Below, one piece after another: positions 8,621 to 18,619 of a stretch of DNA of 64,000 nucleotides. How positions within the stretch are numbered: the first letter of the stretch is position 1; every line of letters starts with the position of its first letter. The notes beneath the pieces were generated by a model. It did not search any database. It had not been told where the DNA came from and saw nothing but the letters and a program-made list of their open reading frames with translations. The translations under genes were made by a program, and so were the position numbers. The stretch covers positions 544,001-608,000 of the forward strand of contig CAVYGN010000001.1 of the NCBI GenBank assembly GCA_963768055.1. Reading direction: 5' to 3'. The stretch is from an uncultured Spirochaetota bacterium. Lineage in GTDB: Bacteria; Spirochaetota; Brevinematia; Brevinematales; JAOACQ01.

Positions 8621-10267
8621 TCAATTCCCCGCGGATACCTTCATCTCCGCGATGAAAATGCCAGTATCCTGCCAATTTCCGTTTTCAGCCACGACTTCAA
8701 ACGCTGTAATCCTGCTCCAGTCAAAAAGACCTTCAGGAGAGTACCATTTGTCCTTCCATGTCCCCTGCTCCCTGAAGTCTTCAAGCGGAACGGCCACGGT
8801 CTGCCACTCGGAAGTGTTTTTCAGCGATTTCTCGTCAAGAGTAAATCTGATGCGCCATGGAAGTGAAAGAGTGTCGTCCTTCCTTGTTGAAATGAACCGT
8901 ACATCGAGATTCTTAAAGCCGGGTTTTAGTTTAATTTTCATTACAAAATTGTATTTCATTTTCAAAAGGGCCGACAGGTCCTTCATGGGCTTGAAAGAGA
9001 ATCTGAGAACGCCGTATTGATCGAGGTTTTCCATTTTTATAACGGTTTGCCCGTTTTCGGAAACAGTGTCGCAATAGAGGTCTATTACGCCATACTTATA
9101 GAAATCGTCAAGCAGTATTCCCGGGGCGGGATATTGTCTGAATATCGTCAATTCGGAAGTTTCCGGAAGTATCCTGATCTTTTTTTGCGCCGGCTCGCTG
9201 AAGCCCAGCGCCTTCAGCAGAGGGAGGTTCAAATCCGTCTCGAAGACTTCATTGGACCCTTTTTTGAACAGCCCGAACCCGCTGCGGTAATCCCATGATG
9301 TACGCGGGATGGAATATTTCATAAGTATCTTCCGGACGGCTTCATACCAATAAACACGGTCGCTTTCCGGGGAATTTTTCATGTAGACGCCGAATTCTCC
9401 GCAGTACAGGGGCTTTCCGGTTTTGTTCCGGAATTCTACCGCCTTCAGGATCAGCGTCTCTAAAGCCGCGTCGTTCGCTTTATCGGGATAATACCTTAAG
9501 CCCGACGCAACCCACGTATTCAGCAATTCCGAGGGACAGAGAGGCATCCTGTCTTTGCGGTAGGGATAGGGGACATTAGTAAGCGGCGCCAGGGAGGGCG
9601 TCATCCATTCATCTCCCTGGTGGGCAAAGAGCATCGGTTCGTAGAAATGAAATGTATAAATTATATTATCGTCCCCGAAATCCGGCAGAAGATAGAGGGA
9701 ATCTATATCGTCCCAGTTGCAGCCCCCGACGATAACCGCATGTTTTTTATCGATCTCCCTGATCTTCTTCAGGACATTCAGCTCGATCTTACCCCAGGCT
9801 GCCGGATTGATGCCATGCGGCTCGTTAAGGATTTCGTAATAAAGAAAATCCCCCCGGCTTTCATAACGCCCGGCCAGTTGAACCCAGACTTTCGTTAAAA
9901 TATTTTCTATGGACGCGTCGGTGTTTCTGGACGGGTCGAAGCTGTGATTGTCAATTATCAATGATATATTCAGCTCTTCGCAGATATTCACCGCCTCATC
10001 GAGAAACCGGAATAAAAGCGGATCTATTTTATAATCCGGTGCGCCGCCTGTCATCGCGTGAAGGTTGATCGGCAGGCGGATCACGTCGCATCCGAGGCTT
10101 TTCAAATCCTGAAAATCCTTTTTTGTATATTTACTGGACTGGACAGTTCGAGGCGAATTTTCCTGGAACCATTCGGTCAGATTCACCCCTTTTGAAAAAA
10201 TATCTTTCGGATAAAGGGGCAAAGCCGTCAAAAACAAAAGGATAATAAAACATGATTTCCGGGTCAT
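8621..10267 (-). CDS. Secreted GH5 (cellulase-family) glycoside hydrolase with C-terminal CBM-like beta domain
   Basis: Signal peptide, VIRLPI, IIDNH, YEILNEPH (acid/base), TFHFYEP, YCGEFG (nucleophile). Confidence 0.88.
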   Translation of the reverse strand: MTRKSCFIILLFLTALPLYPKDIFSKGVNLTEWFQENSPRTVQSSKYTKKDFQDLKSLGCDVIRLPINLHAMTGGAPDYKIDPLLFRFLDEAVNICEELNISLIIDNHSFDPSRNTDASIENILTKVWVQLAGRYESRGDFLYYEILNEPHGINPAAWGKIELNVLKKIREIDKKHAVIVGGCNWDDIDSLYLLPDFGDDNIIYTFHFYEPMLFAHQGDEWMTPSLAPLTNVPYPYRKDRMPLCPSELLNTWVASGLRYYPDKANDAALETLILKAVEFRNKTGKPLYCGEFGVYMKNSPESDRVYWYEAVRKILMKYSIPRTSWDYRSGFGLFKKGSNEVFETDLNLPLLKALGFSEPAQKKIRILPETSELTIFRQYPAPGILLDDFYKYGVIDLYCDTVSENGQTVIKMENLDQYGVLRFSFKPMKDLSALLKMKYNFVMKIKLKPGFKNLDVRFISTRKDDTLSLPWRIRFTLDEKSLKNTSEWQTVAVPLEDFREQGTWKDKWYSPEGLFDWSRITAFEVVAENGNWQDTGIFIAEMKVSAGN

Positions 10268-10579
10268 GAGAACCTCCTGCAGGGGAAATTATCCGAGATT
10301 TTCCAAATGATTCATCATTTTGCTAATTCCGAAAGTCTTTTCATACAAGCAATGATTTTACCTTGCCCGAAATATTTTGTCAAACCAATTTTTGAGAGTT
10401 TTTCCCGGAGGGTCGTTATCGACCAGTGCCGCGCTGTTCATTGAAATTTTGATACGGAAAAGGAAAATTTGAAATCAGGACCAGAATTCCGGGGTTACCC
10501 AAAAAGAAAAAAACTAAAAGACATTGATGCATTAAATAGGGCCTATTGGAGCGAACGTATCATGTACTGATCGATCGAT

Positions 10580-11047
10580 TTATTCATGAGTCTTATCTCC
10601 TGTTTTTTCATGAGTCGTTTCAGCGATTGAAATTTCAATTTTAATTGGCCTTTTTGCCTTCGTTTTTACTCTCGCCGTTTCCTTCCTTGTGATATGGCCA
10701 ATTATACTCAGCAAAGATATGACTATTCCCGCGGCTATAAAAAATCTTTCGGTTTTGTAACGCGACTCTTCCTTGTCTGCTTCCGTGATTATATGATGCT
10801 CTTTATTGTAAGCCTTGAGCTTTTGTTCAGCCTGGTACTTCTTGTGAAAAGCCTTCAGGTCCTTGTCGTTCATCAATTTTTCAAAATTCGATATTACAGC
10901 CTCTAAATTGGTTCCGGTATTATACTCTTCCGCAGGCCGGGCCGTACTTAGTGCAAATAGAATGAGCAGACTTAAAATGAATACCTTCATAATTCGAAAC
11001 CTTTTTATTGAGATTAAAAGTTTAAACCAATATTTCCCATTTGACAT
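10580..11047 (-). CDS. Hypothetical membrane protein
   Basis: ORF with two hydrophobic segments; GGGAG upstream of the ATG at 11047; start uncertain. Confidence 0.5.
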   Translation of the reverse strand: MSNGKYWFKLLISIKRFRIMKVFILSLLILFALSTARPAEEYNTGTNLEAVISNFEKLMNDKDLKAFHKKYQAEQKLKAYNKEHHIITEADKEESRYKTERFFIAAGIVISLLSIIGHITRKETARVKTKAKRPIKIEISIAETTHEKTGDKTHE

Positions 11048-11272
11048 CTTGTTCTCCCGGAAAAATGTTTTCCAAATCCTAATTGGTACCATTATAACCC
11101 CTCTGTTTTTACCCGTCAATGATATTTATCCGCTCAGTACCGAATTTTTGGTCAATAAATCCTGAAAACCATTGATATTTTCTTCTCTGAACAGCATAAG
11201 CCGACAGTCATCCCTTCGTTCTTTGGCACTGCAACCTGTATACCGCGCATGGATGACAACCTTGGGAATAAC

Positions 11273-11327
11273 TGCCAGAACCGTTGAATTATTGATAAAT
11301 CCTTTGGACAGGATTAGAATAATGGGA
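11273..11327 (+). repeat. Divergent type-B intergenic element with TTGATA-N17-TAGAAT promoter
   Basis: TGCCAGA...TTGAATTATTGATAAATC...TGGACAGGATTAGAATAATGGGA matches the copies at 61951 and 63682. Confidence 0.6.
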
Positions 11328-11340
11328 TTGAGGATATAAA

Positions 11341-12099
11341 ATGCAATTTATTAGACACGCTACATTTGTCTTAATATTAAATAATAAAAAAATATTAGTT
11401 GACCCAATGCTCTCAGATGTTGGAGCATTACCGCCTATTCCATCCAGGGCTAACAGAATGAGAAATCCTTTGATACCATTACCTGTAGAAATAAATTATT
11501 TAATCAAAGATGTTGATGCTATATTGCTTACGCATTATCATTCTGACCACATCGATAAAGCGGCTGAAAAAATTCTGCCGAAAAATATTCTTATATTTTG
11601 CCAACCGGGGGATGATAAAAAACTAAAAGGTAAAGGATTTACAAATGTTCAAACCATTAACGATAAAATAGTATGGGAATCAATTTCATTTAAAAGATTT
11701 CCTGCTAATCATGCCGAAGGTAATTTTCTTAATAAATTAATGGGAAAATCATCCTCATATTATATTCAAAAAGGGACGGAATCATTATTTATAACTGGTG
11801 ATGCGATTTTAGATAAATTATTGATCAATAGTTTAGAAGAAACAAAACCGAATTTAATAATAGCAAATTCCGGTTCTGCCCAGTTTCTTTGGGGTAAACC
11901 GATAACATTGACAGCCGACTCATTAAGAAAAATTAATCAATTGCTGCCTGATGCCAGAATAATAGCGGTTCATATGAATGCGATTAACCATTGTATATTA
12001 TCTAAGGATGAATTAAATAAATTCATAATTAAGGAAAACCTGACAATGAAAATTAATATTCCAGATGAAGGTGATGTAATTGTGCCATTTTCCCGGTAA
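11341..12099 (+). CDS. MBL-fold metallo-hydrolase
   Basis: IRHAT, ILVDPML, THYHSDH, TGD, VHMNAINH. Confidence 0.9.
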   Translation: MQFIRHATFVLILNNKKILVDPMLSDVGALPPIPSRANRMRNPLIPLPVEINYLIKDVDAILLTHYHSDHIDKAAEKILPKNILIFCQPGDDKKLKGKGFTNVQTINDKIVWESISFKRFPANHAEGNFLNKLMGKSSSYYIQKGTESLFITGDAILDKLLINSLEETKPNLIIANSGSAQFLWGKPITLTADSLRKINQLLPDARIIAVHMNAINHCILSKDELNKFIIKENLTMKINIPDEGDVIVPFSR

Positions 12100-12346
12100 A
12101 ATGCTGCTGCCATTCACCGATAGTTGATGACCATGTTAGTGAAAGCTTTTCCTGATCAGATGTTAATGTACAAAGGATTTTACTGCGGGACAAATCTATT
12201 CTCCCGGTATTTTCCATCCAATCCTATTGCTATTTTGTAATGGCTATCATTCACCTATGCATTCATCTGTTAAATGTTGAATATCAGGATCGGAAATAGT
12301 ATATTAATTATAGGAAGTTTCGAAAAATTCATCAGGAGGTTTCATT

Positions 12347-12970
12347 ATGGAAGAAGAAAAATCCACTGAACAATCACCATCAAATAGAATGAATCCCAAG
12401 GTTGATTTTTATTTTAGTAAAGCCAAAAAGTGGCAGGAAGAATTGGAGAAATTGAGAATGATCGTTCTTGACTGCCGGCTGTACGAAGAATTGAAGTGGG
12501 GCGTTCCCTGTTACTCTTTTCAGAACAGCAACATAGTTTTAATACATGCATTTAAAGAATACTGCGCGGTTTTGTTTTTCAAAGGCGCCTTGTTAAAAGA
12601 TGCCAACGGCATTCTAATCCGGCAAACGGAGAATGTGCGGGCAGCGCGCCAGATTCGGTTCACAAGCGTTCGTGAAATAGTTGAGATGGAAACCATCTTG
12701 AAAGCCTATATTTTTGAAGCCATTGAAGTTGAAAAAGCCGGTTTGGAAGTGAATTTTAAAAAGACTGCAGAATTCACCATTCCTGGAGAATTTCAAAATA
12801 AATTGGATGAAATCCCCGCCTTGAAAACCGCTTTTGATGCACTGACGCCGGGGCGGCAAAGAGCGTACATATTTTATTTTTCTCAACCCAAACAATCCAA
12901 AACACGGGAGACAAGGATTGAAAAATCTATGCAGCAAATCCTCAATGGAAAGGGATTAAATGATCAGTAA
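12347..12970 (+). CDS. YdeI/OmpD-associated family protein (DUF1801)
   Basis: EELKWGVPCY, FFKGALLKD, FDALTPGRQRAY, KQSKTRETRI. Confidence 0.88.
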   Translation: MEEEKSTEQSPSNRMNPKVDFYFSKAKKWQEELEKLRMIVLDCRLYEELKWGVPCYSFQNSNIVLIHAFKEYCAVLFFKGALLKDANGILIRQTENVRAARQIRFTSVREIVEMETILKAYIFEAIEVEKAGLEVNFKKTAEFTIPGEFQNKLDEIPALKTAFDALTPGRQRAYIFYFSQPKQSKTRETRIEKSMQQILNGKGLNDQ

Positions 12971-12991
12971 TTATTCAATAAAGGAACTGCC

Positions 12992-13495
12992 ATGATCAAT
13001 AAGTTTCTTCCTCGACGAATCGATAATACATATCGCGGTCATAAACTCGCACTGTGGCTCTTTGCATTGAGTGTGTCCGTGAAAATCTTTCAGTGCCTGA
13101 TGGTTATATTCAACGGTAATTCTACCGCGATTTATGCCGACGGATTTCCCCTTAAAACATTTCCACCCGCTGCCGCACAGACAGTTATTGCACTGTTCGC
13201 GCTCTCGGGTCTTCGTCTCCTGATCATCTCTCTGTTATGTGTGCTCGTATTGGTCAGATATCGCAGTATGATTAGTTTTATGTTTGCATTGCTGGTTTTC
13301 GAATATCTGACCGGACAAATGATTTTCCACTTCGTTCCACTTGTCCGCACGGGAACACCGCCAGGACCCGTCGTAAACTTCATATTTTTTATTTTGTGGG
13401 TTGTTGGCCTCGTGCTATCACTATGGAGTCAAGGCAATCAGGAGGTAAAGGATTTACCGCCTAAAGCAGGCTCTGGAGAAAAGGCAGCCCCATAA
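12992..13495 (+). CDS. Hypothetical integral membrane protein
   Basis: Four hydrophobic segments; RBS AAGGA. Confidence 0.75.
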   Translation: MINKFLPRRIDNTYRGHKLALWLFALSVSVKIFQCLMVIFNGNSTAIYADGFPLKTFPPAAAQTVIALFALSGLRLLIISLLCVLVLVRYRSMISFMFALLVFEYLTGQMIFHFVPLVRTGTPPGPVVNFIFFILWVVGLVLSLWSQGNQEVKDLPPKAGSGEKAAP

Positions 13496-13518
13496 CAATT
13501 TAACCAAGGTCACTCGCT

Positions 13519-13998
13519 TTAAACTTTTTTAACTATCTCCTCAATACTACAAGAAGGATTTTCCGATAGATATTTCTCCAAAAGTTTTTTCAACCCATCA
13601 AGCATCATCTGCCAGTTTTTCTCTGAATGTTCGCGATCTGCTTCTGTCGGGTTTTTATCTTGTGAAAGAGTAACTTTGGTTTGATTTCCACTCTGTTCAA
13701 GTTCTATTGTAACAATATGGTAATTCTCTTTTATATCAGGGTCGCCAGAAAGAGGACTAAAATGACTGTACTGCAATATCCGTTCTTTTTCCAATTTGAG
13801 AATAAACCCTTTGTCTTCATATGGCTTACCTTGCCATTCACCTCTCCAGAAAATGGGACTGCCGATTTTCCAACCGGTTACTACATCAGTTCCAAACATA
13901 TATTGCTTTATGATTTTCGGTTTGATCAATGATCCCCAAACAACAGCGATCGGAGCATTGATTCTTGCTGATGCTTTTGCAATTAAATCTTTTTTCAT
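13519..13998 (-). CDS. SRPBCC/AHSA1-domain protein
   Basis: INAPIAVVW..L, YMFGT.V.T.W..GSPI.W.GEW, NWQMMLDGLKKLLE. Confidence 0.88.
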   Translation of the reverse strand: MKKDLIAKASARINAPIAVVWGSLIKPKIIKQYMFGTDVVTGWKIGSPIFWRGEWQGKPYEDKGFILKLEKERILQYSHFSPLSGDPDIKENYHIVTIELEQSGNQTKVTLSQDKNPTEADREHSEKNWQMMLDGLKKLLEKYLSENPSCSIEEIVKKV

Positions 13999-14356
13999 AA
14001 ATACCCTCTTTTTTCAAAATAATAAAAAGAAAATTAATAGTCAATAAAGGGCGGTTCTAATAACTAACAATATTGTTAACAATTAGCATTCTAATTGTTT
14101 ATAATCCGCCCAATGGGCCCTGGTGCCTGGACTGGTGCCAGTCTCCAGGACAGGTGTGTTACCTATCCGCCTTGCCTGTATCGGCTTGCCCGATGAAAAG
14201 GCTATGTCCTGTAAGGAGGTTATTAGAAACGCCCTAAATATAATTGCAAAAAAATACCTTGACAAAAAAATAAGCCGGCAATAAATTTCAATATAAGCCG
14301 GCTGGGTAAGCGGCATTATCAAAAATTTTTACCGCTGAAATATTCAGGAGGATTTC

Positions 14357-14542
14357 ATGGGAAAAGTCGTTTTCACTCAGGTCAACGGCGGGCAGCTGCC
14401 CAAACAAGCGCCTAAAGTATTACCTGCCGGAGTACTTGGATTGGACGGGTGGGCAAACAGGCTCCTGGTAGTAATTTATTGCGTGTGGGTAGCAACAATC
14501 GCCCGGCAGGCGATCAGAATACGAAACCAAAAATCTTCGTAG
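14357..14542 (+). pseudogene. C-terminal fragment of a DUF998-like membrane protein
   Basis: GWANRLLVVIYCVWVATIARQAI resembles the DUF998 C-terminal helix; only 61 aa. Confidence 0.5.
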
Positions 14543-14574
14543 AAATTGCCGGTTATTGTAATAGGAGGAGAATT

Positions 14575-14964
14575 ATGAGAACGAAACAGAAAATGCCTAA
14601 AAATATAGATGACTATATTGCCGGTTACCCGGAGGATGTTAGAAAAATTCTCCAAAAAATAAGACAGACGATCAGGGAGGCAGCTCCAGGTGCGGAAGAA
14701 ACAATCAAATATGGAATGCCGACTTTCATGCTGAATGGTAACCTGGTTTATTTTGCAGCTTTCAAAAAGCATATCGGGTTTTATCCTCCTGTTTCATCAG
14801 GAAATTCGAAGTTCAAGGAGAAATTATCAGTTTATGAAGGTGCGAAAGGCTCGCTGAAGTTTCCACTGGATAAACCAATTCCATTTGATCTGATCGACAT
14901 AATAGTGAAGTTAAGAGTAAAGGAAAACCTGGAACGAACCAGGCAGGTATCCGGCGCCCCTTGA
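14575..14964 (+). CDS. DUF1801 (YdhG-like) protein
   Basis: IDDYIAGYP, AEETIKYGMPTF, FAAFKKHIGFYP, KGSLKFPLDKPIP; RBS AGGAGG before the ATG at 14575. Confidence 0.9.
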   Translation: MRTKQKMPKNIDDYIAGYPEDVRKILQKIRQTIREAAPGAEETIKYGMPTFMLNGNLVYFAAFKKHIGFYPPVSSGNSKFKEKLSVYEGAKGSLKFPLDKPIPFDLIDIIVKLRVKENLERTRQVSGAP

Positions 14965-15022
14965 CTTATTTAAAATAAACTACTATTTTTTGTTATAAAA
15001 AAGAGTAAAAAAGGAGGGGTTT

Positions 15023-15886
15023 ATGATCAACAAAGAAGATAAAATTATTTTAGTTACAGGCGCTACGGGCCACCAGGGCGGTGAAGTTGTTCGCAGCCTT
15101 TTAAGGAACGGATGGAAGGTCGACGCCCTTACCAGGGGACGATCCGGGAAGATCGGCGCTTTGAAAGACCTGGGTGCAAGGATTGTTATAGGCGACATGG
15201 AAAATGAGGCCTCGCTGGATGAGGCTATGAAAGGAGTTTACGGCGTATTTTTAATCACTACCCCTATGGAAGGAGGTGCTGACGGCGAGATTAAGAGGGG
15301 AAAGACGGTTACCGATTCGTCCGTAAGAGCGGGTGTTAAGCATCTTATATTTTCTTCGGTCGGTTCGGCAGATAGAAATACAGGAGTTCCTTTTTTTGAA
15401 ACCAAGAGGGAAATCGAGCTTTATATAAAAAGTAAAGGGATTCCATATACCATTTTCAGGCCTGTATCTTTTATGATTAATTTTGAGCAGCCGAATATGC
15501 GGGATTCCATTCTTGCAGGAAAACTAAGGTCATCCTACCCTGAAAATAAAAAAGAACAGTATCTGGCTCTTGAAGACCTCGGGGCGTTTGTCAATATTGC
15601 TTTTGAAAACCCGGATACATATATCGGAAAAGAGATAGAACTGGCCAGTGACGAATTGACCGCGAATCAGATTGCGGATTCGTTTTCGAAGGTTCTCGGG
15701 CAAACAGTCAAGTATGAAAATATACCCCTTGAAGATATAAGGAAACAGATGGGTGAAGCATTTTACAAAATGCAAAAATGGCATATGAATAACAGTTACA
15801 ATGCCGATATAGCGGCGTTAAAGAAAATCTATCCGCAACTAACCTCTTTCGATAGTTACCTGAAGCGTCATGAATGGCATAAATAG
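15023..15886 (+). CDS. NmrA/HSCARG-family NAD(P)-binding protein
   Basis: LVTGATGHQGG, FSSVGSA, FETKREIE, RPVSFM. Confidence 0.92.
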   Translation: MINKEDKIILVTGATGHQGGEVVRSLLRNGWKVDALTRGRSGKIGALKDLGARIVIGDMENEASLDEAMKGVYGVFLITTPMEGGADGEIKRGKTVTDSSVRAGVKHLIFSSVGSADRNTGVPFFETKREIELYIKSKGIPYTIFRPVSFMINFEQPNMRDSILAGKLRSSYPENKKEQYLALEDLGAFVNIAFENPDTYIGKEIELASDELTANQIADSFSKVLGQTVKYENIPLEDIRKQMGEAFYKMQKWHMNNSYNADIAALKKIYPQLTSFDSYLKRHEWHK

Positions 15887-15895
15887 CGCTTTGTC

Positions 15896-15982
15896 GTGAT
15901 CAATGGTATTTCGCTGGACGGCGTCATACAGTCACCGGCCCGACCCGATGAGGATTTTCGCGGTGATTTCAAGTATGGCGGG
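15896..15982 (+). pseudogene. N-terminal fragment of a dihydrofolate reductase/RibD-C family protein
   Basis: ISLDGVIQSPARPDEDFRGDFKYGG matches the typical SLDGV.QAPG.PDED..GGF..GG start; similarity is lost after that. Confidence 0.6.
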
Positions 15983-16134
15983 AGGAGCCTGATCGATAGC
16001 CATCATAATGTAATCAAGTTCTTCTGGAAAATTCTGCCAAAAAACGGCGGGCCGGTTGCCGCCCGCGGCCCGGATAGCCAACTTTTCGATGTCGCGGTAT
16101 ACTCAAGTGGGAGTTCATTATCATGGAGGTTATT

Positions 16135-16314
16135 GTGAAACAAGCCAATATTGGTAAAATCGGCTTTTTCTCGTCTGCTTTATTCCTGATGCTGACGGCA
16201 GTCCTGCATTTGATCGAACCTGAATATGATACTTCAAAGCACCTGATAAGCGACTATGAACTTGGCAAATTCGGCTGGATGATGTCTCTTGCTAAACCGG
16301 AAGGTCGCTTTTAA
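16135..16314 (+). pseudogene. N-terminal fragment of a DUF998-like membrane protein
   Basis: LHLIEPEYDTSKHLISDYELGKFGWMM resembles LH.L.PE.DP....VSEYALG..GW; truncated; GGAGG RBS. Confidence 0.55.
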
Positions 16315-16339
16315 AATTAATATCAAAAAATAAAAGATC

Positions 16340-16353
16340 CGGAGAGAGGGGGA
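16340..16353 (-). repeat. 14-bp att-core-like repeat CGGAGAGAGGGGGA (reverse complement resembles a tRNA-Ser 3' end), copy 1
   Basis: Identical to 40199-40212; followed by GGGGATACGAACCC, which is T-loop-like in reverse complement. Confidence 0.6.
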
Positions 16354-16682
16354 CTGCCGGGGATACGAACCCGAATTTACTTTGTTGTAACTTCAACTTC
16401 GGTAAAGAATTATAAATTCATACAATTTTCGAGGGTCACTCATGGCGTAACCAAAACGTACCCAATTTATAACCACTAAATTTATACTAATTTCTTATAA
16501 AAAAGATAACTTTTATATAAGATTTCATCTTAAATTATTATAAATAATATCGAATTAAAATGCACATATATTGACGATATTTTCCGGAACAAATTCTTTT
16601 AGAAATATAACCTTTGGCAGCCCATTACAAGTTTATCTATCCATAAATTGTATCAATGATCTTATAAATATTAATACCTTAC

Positions 16683-16711
16683 TTGACAATAATCTATAAA
16701 ATTTTTATGAT
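16683..16711 (+). promoter_or_regulatory. Sigma70-type promoter of hicBA
   Basis: TTGACA-N17-TATGAT. Confidence 0.65.
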
Positions 16712-16729
16712 AAAATCGAGGTATTCATT

Positions 16730-16939
16730 ATGATTAGAAATTTAATTTTGGATTACTGGATTGATGGCGGCTGGTATGTCGGAAGACTGAAAGAAATTCC
16801 AGGAGTTTTCAGCCAGGGGAAAACTCTGAAAGAGCTGGAAGAAAACATTATCGATGCTTATAAATTAATTCTTGAAGATAATAAGGATGATGATTTTCAT
16901 GAGAATATTCATGAAATAGAGCTAGAGGTTTCCATTTGA
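16730..16939 (+). CDS. hicB: HicB-family antitoxin (short form)
   Basis: WYVGRLKEIPGVFSQGKTLKELEENIIDA. Confidence 0.88.
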   Translation: MIRNLILDYWIDGGWYVGRLKEIPGVFSQGKTLKELEENIIDAYKLILEDNKDDDFHENIHEIELEVSI

Positions 16940-17111
16940 AACGAAACCGTTTCATCAAAGAACTTGAAGATGCCGGTTGCATTCTTAAAAGGCATGGCGG
17001 CCGTCACGACTTATTTCAAAATATTTCAAACGGAAAATAGCTCCAATTCCAAGACATGCTGAAATAAAAGAAAGTTTATGCAGGCTGATAAGGAAGCAGC
17101 TTGGTATTTAA
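16936..17111 (+). pseudogene. hicA: HicA-family toxin, frameshifted
   Basis: TTG start overlaps the hicB stop. KRNRFIKELEDAGCILKRHGGRHDLF..NGK stops at 17038-17040; restoring one A gives IAPIPRHAEIKESLCRLIRKQLGI*. Confidence 0.8.
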
Positions 17112-17272
17112 TCATATTGAAATACTTCATTCGCCAGCCGCTGAACAGCCTGTTTGAAAAACGCAAGCACAATTTAATTCACATTTAATGCCAATGTCGC
17201 ACTTTTACTCTATAAGCCATTATTGACAATACATATCATATAAGGTATATTAAATTCATACGGAGGACAGCT

Positions 17273-17509
17273 ATGCTTGTTTTACATGGAGTATATAATA
17301 AAGGAAAAGTTGAAATTACAGAACCTGTCCCGGAAGGTTTAAAGGGCCCGGTAGACCTGATTATCAAGCAAAATCCTGAAAAGAAAAAACATCTTGTAAT
17401 AAAACAATTTGATGAATTGAACAGGGAAATGCTGAAGCTTAATATCACCTTAAAAAAGGGACAGGATATCGACAGGATTGCGGATGAGGCTTTTAATGGT
17501 TTACCTTGA
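17273..17509 (+). CDS. Putative antitoxin upstream of a PIN toxin
   Basis: LHGVYNKGKVEITEPVP start typical of DUF104/AF2212-like antitoxins; overlaps the PIN gene; TTGACA-N17-TATATT at 17223-17251. Confidence 0.65.
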   Translation: MLVLHGVYNKGKVEITEPVPEGLKGPVDLIIKQNPEKKKHLVIKQFDELNREMLKLNITLKKGQDIDRIADEAFNGLP

Positions 17510-17900
17510 TTCAAATATACTGATATATAGTTTTGTCCATGAAGATGAAAATAAACAGGCCAAATCCATAAAGCTTATTAAAGACCTGATGCAGCAGAAT
17601 GAATTGCTGATTTCTCCTTTAGTAATTCAGGAAAGCGCTTATGTAATGTCAAGATTGGGAGTAAATAAAGAGCTGATATCCCAAAACATTGATTTGTACT
17701 CTGAATTTTGCCTAATACCCATCGAAGCCAGGTCAATTCTGGCAGCTAAAGACCTGGCATATAAAACAGACTCTTACCGCAGTTTTAATGATGCTCTCCA
17801 TGTAGTTCTCGCCGAATTGTTTTGTGATAAATTAATTACTTTTGATAAGGGTTTCAAGAGTTTTGCTTCTTTCACTCCTTTGAATATTGAGATATTATAA
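17496..17900 (+). CDS. vapC: PIN-domain (VapC-like) toxin
   Basis: VYLDSNILIY, SPLVIQE, FNDALH, LITFDKGF. Confidence 0.85.
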   Translation: MVYLDSNILIYSFVHEDENKQAKSIKLIKDLMQQNELLISPLVIQESAYVMSRLGVNKELISQNIDLYSEFCLIPIEARSILAAKDLAYKTDSYRSFNDALHVVLAELFCDKLITFDKGFKSFASFTPLNIEIL

Positions 17901-17996
17901 TCTAACTTGCCCGTTTTCCTATAATTCATGCCAATGTCTATTTTCCTTGTTTGACATTTATCCTTTTTAAATGATAAAATAATCAAGGAGAATAAT

Positions 17997-18251
17997 ATGT
18001 CTTATCAATTGACAGTGGATTACCCTGAAAATTTACCCGACATACTTCAGGAATCCAGGGAAGAATTTGAAAAAGAAGCAAAACTGGCGCTTTTTATCAA
18101 ATTGTTCGAGATGAAAAAAATATCATCCGGTATGGCTGCACAATACTTAGGAATAAACCGTGCCGGTTTTTTAGCCAATTTATCCCGTTTCGGAGTATCC
18201 ATGATCGATTTAACAACCCTTGAATTATCAGAAGATATTAAAAATGCCTGA
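17997..18251 (+). CDS. UPF0175-family antitoxin-like protein
   Basis: KLFEMKKISSGMAAQYLGINRAGFL; promoter TTGACA...TGATAAAAT at 17951-17980. Confidence 0.85.
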   Translation: MSYQLTVDYPENLPDILQESREEFEKEAKLALFIKLFEMKKISSGMAAQYLGINRAGFLANLSRFGVSMIDLTTLELSEDIKNA

Positions 18252-18345
18252 AACTTCTATTGTCATAAATACAGGTCCGCTGGTTGCACTAGCAGCAGCC
18301 GTTATCCGTGAATCTGGTGAATCATTATGCAAAAAGCTCATTTGA
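18244..18345 (+). pseudogene. Internally deleted DUF3368-like PIN toxin
   Basis: MPETSIVINTGPLVALAAA (DUF3368-like start) joined directly to VIRESGE (resembles the family C-terminus); overlaps the UPF0175 stop. Confidence 0.6.
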
Positions 18346-18596
18346 AAATCGATATACCGAATGATATTTTAATATTGCTGGATGAAACCGAATCCGATTT
18401 TATTCTGGATATGAAACATTATACAGCCGCATTTCTATTCCAGAAGGGCAAATTAACCATCGGGAAAGCAGCAGAATTAGCGGGAATGTCCCGGATTGAA
18501 TTTGAGCAGTTTCTGGGTAATAATCGCCTGCCAATTTCAAATTTAACCATTGATGATATTCATAACGATCTCGACCTTTTGGAAAATATAAATTAA
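18327..18596 (+). CDS. UPF0175-family antitoxin-like protein (orphan)
   Basis: LFQKGKLTIGKAAELAGMSRIEFEQFL. Confidence 0.85.
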   Translation: MQKAHLKIDIPNDILILLDETESDFILDMKHYTAAFLFQKGKLTIGKAAELAGMSRIEFEQFLGNNRLPISNLTIDDIHNDLDLLENIN

Positions 18597-18619
18597 TGAG
18601 CACCAATAGCTTAGATTGA

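Noticed and set aside
8298..9020. 240-aa plus-strand ORF and the many other ORFs overlapping annotated genes
   Set aside because: Antisense or alternate-frame shadows of well-supported genes, with no recognisable motifs.
14259..14314. ATAAGCCGGC direct repeats beside TTGACA as a novel element
   Set aside because: Most simply an ordinary operator/promoter whose regulator is not in view; only two full copies.
16335..16420. Intact tRNA gene on the minus strand
   Set aside because: Only the acceptor/T-arm-like end is recognisable and it is interrupted; no D or anticodon arm could be folded.
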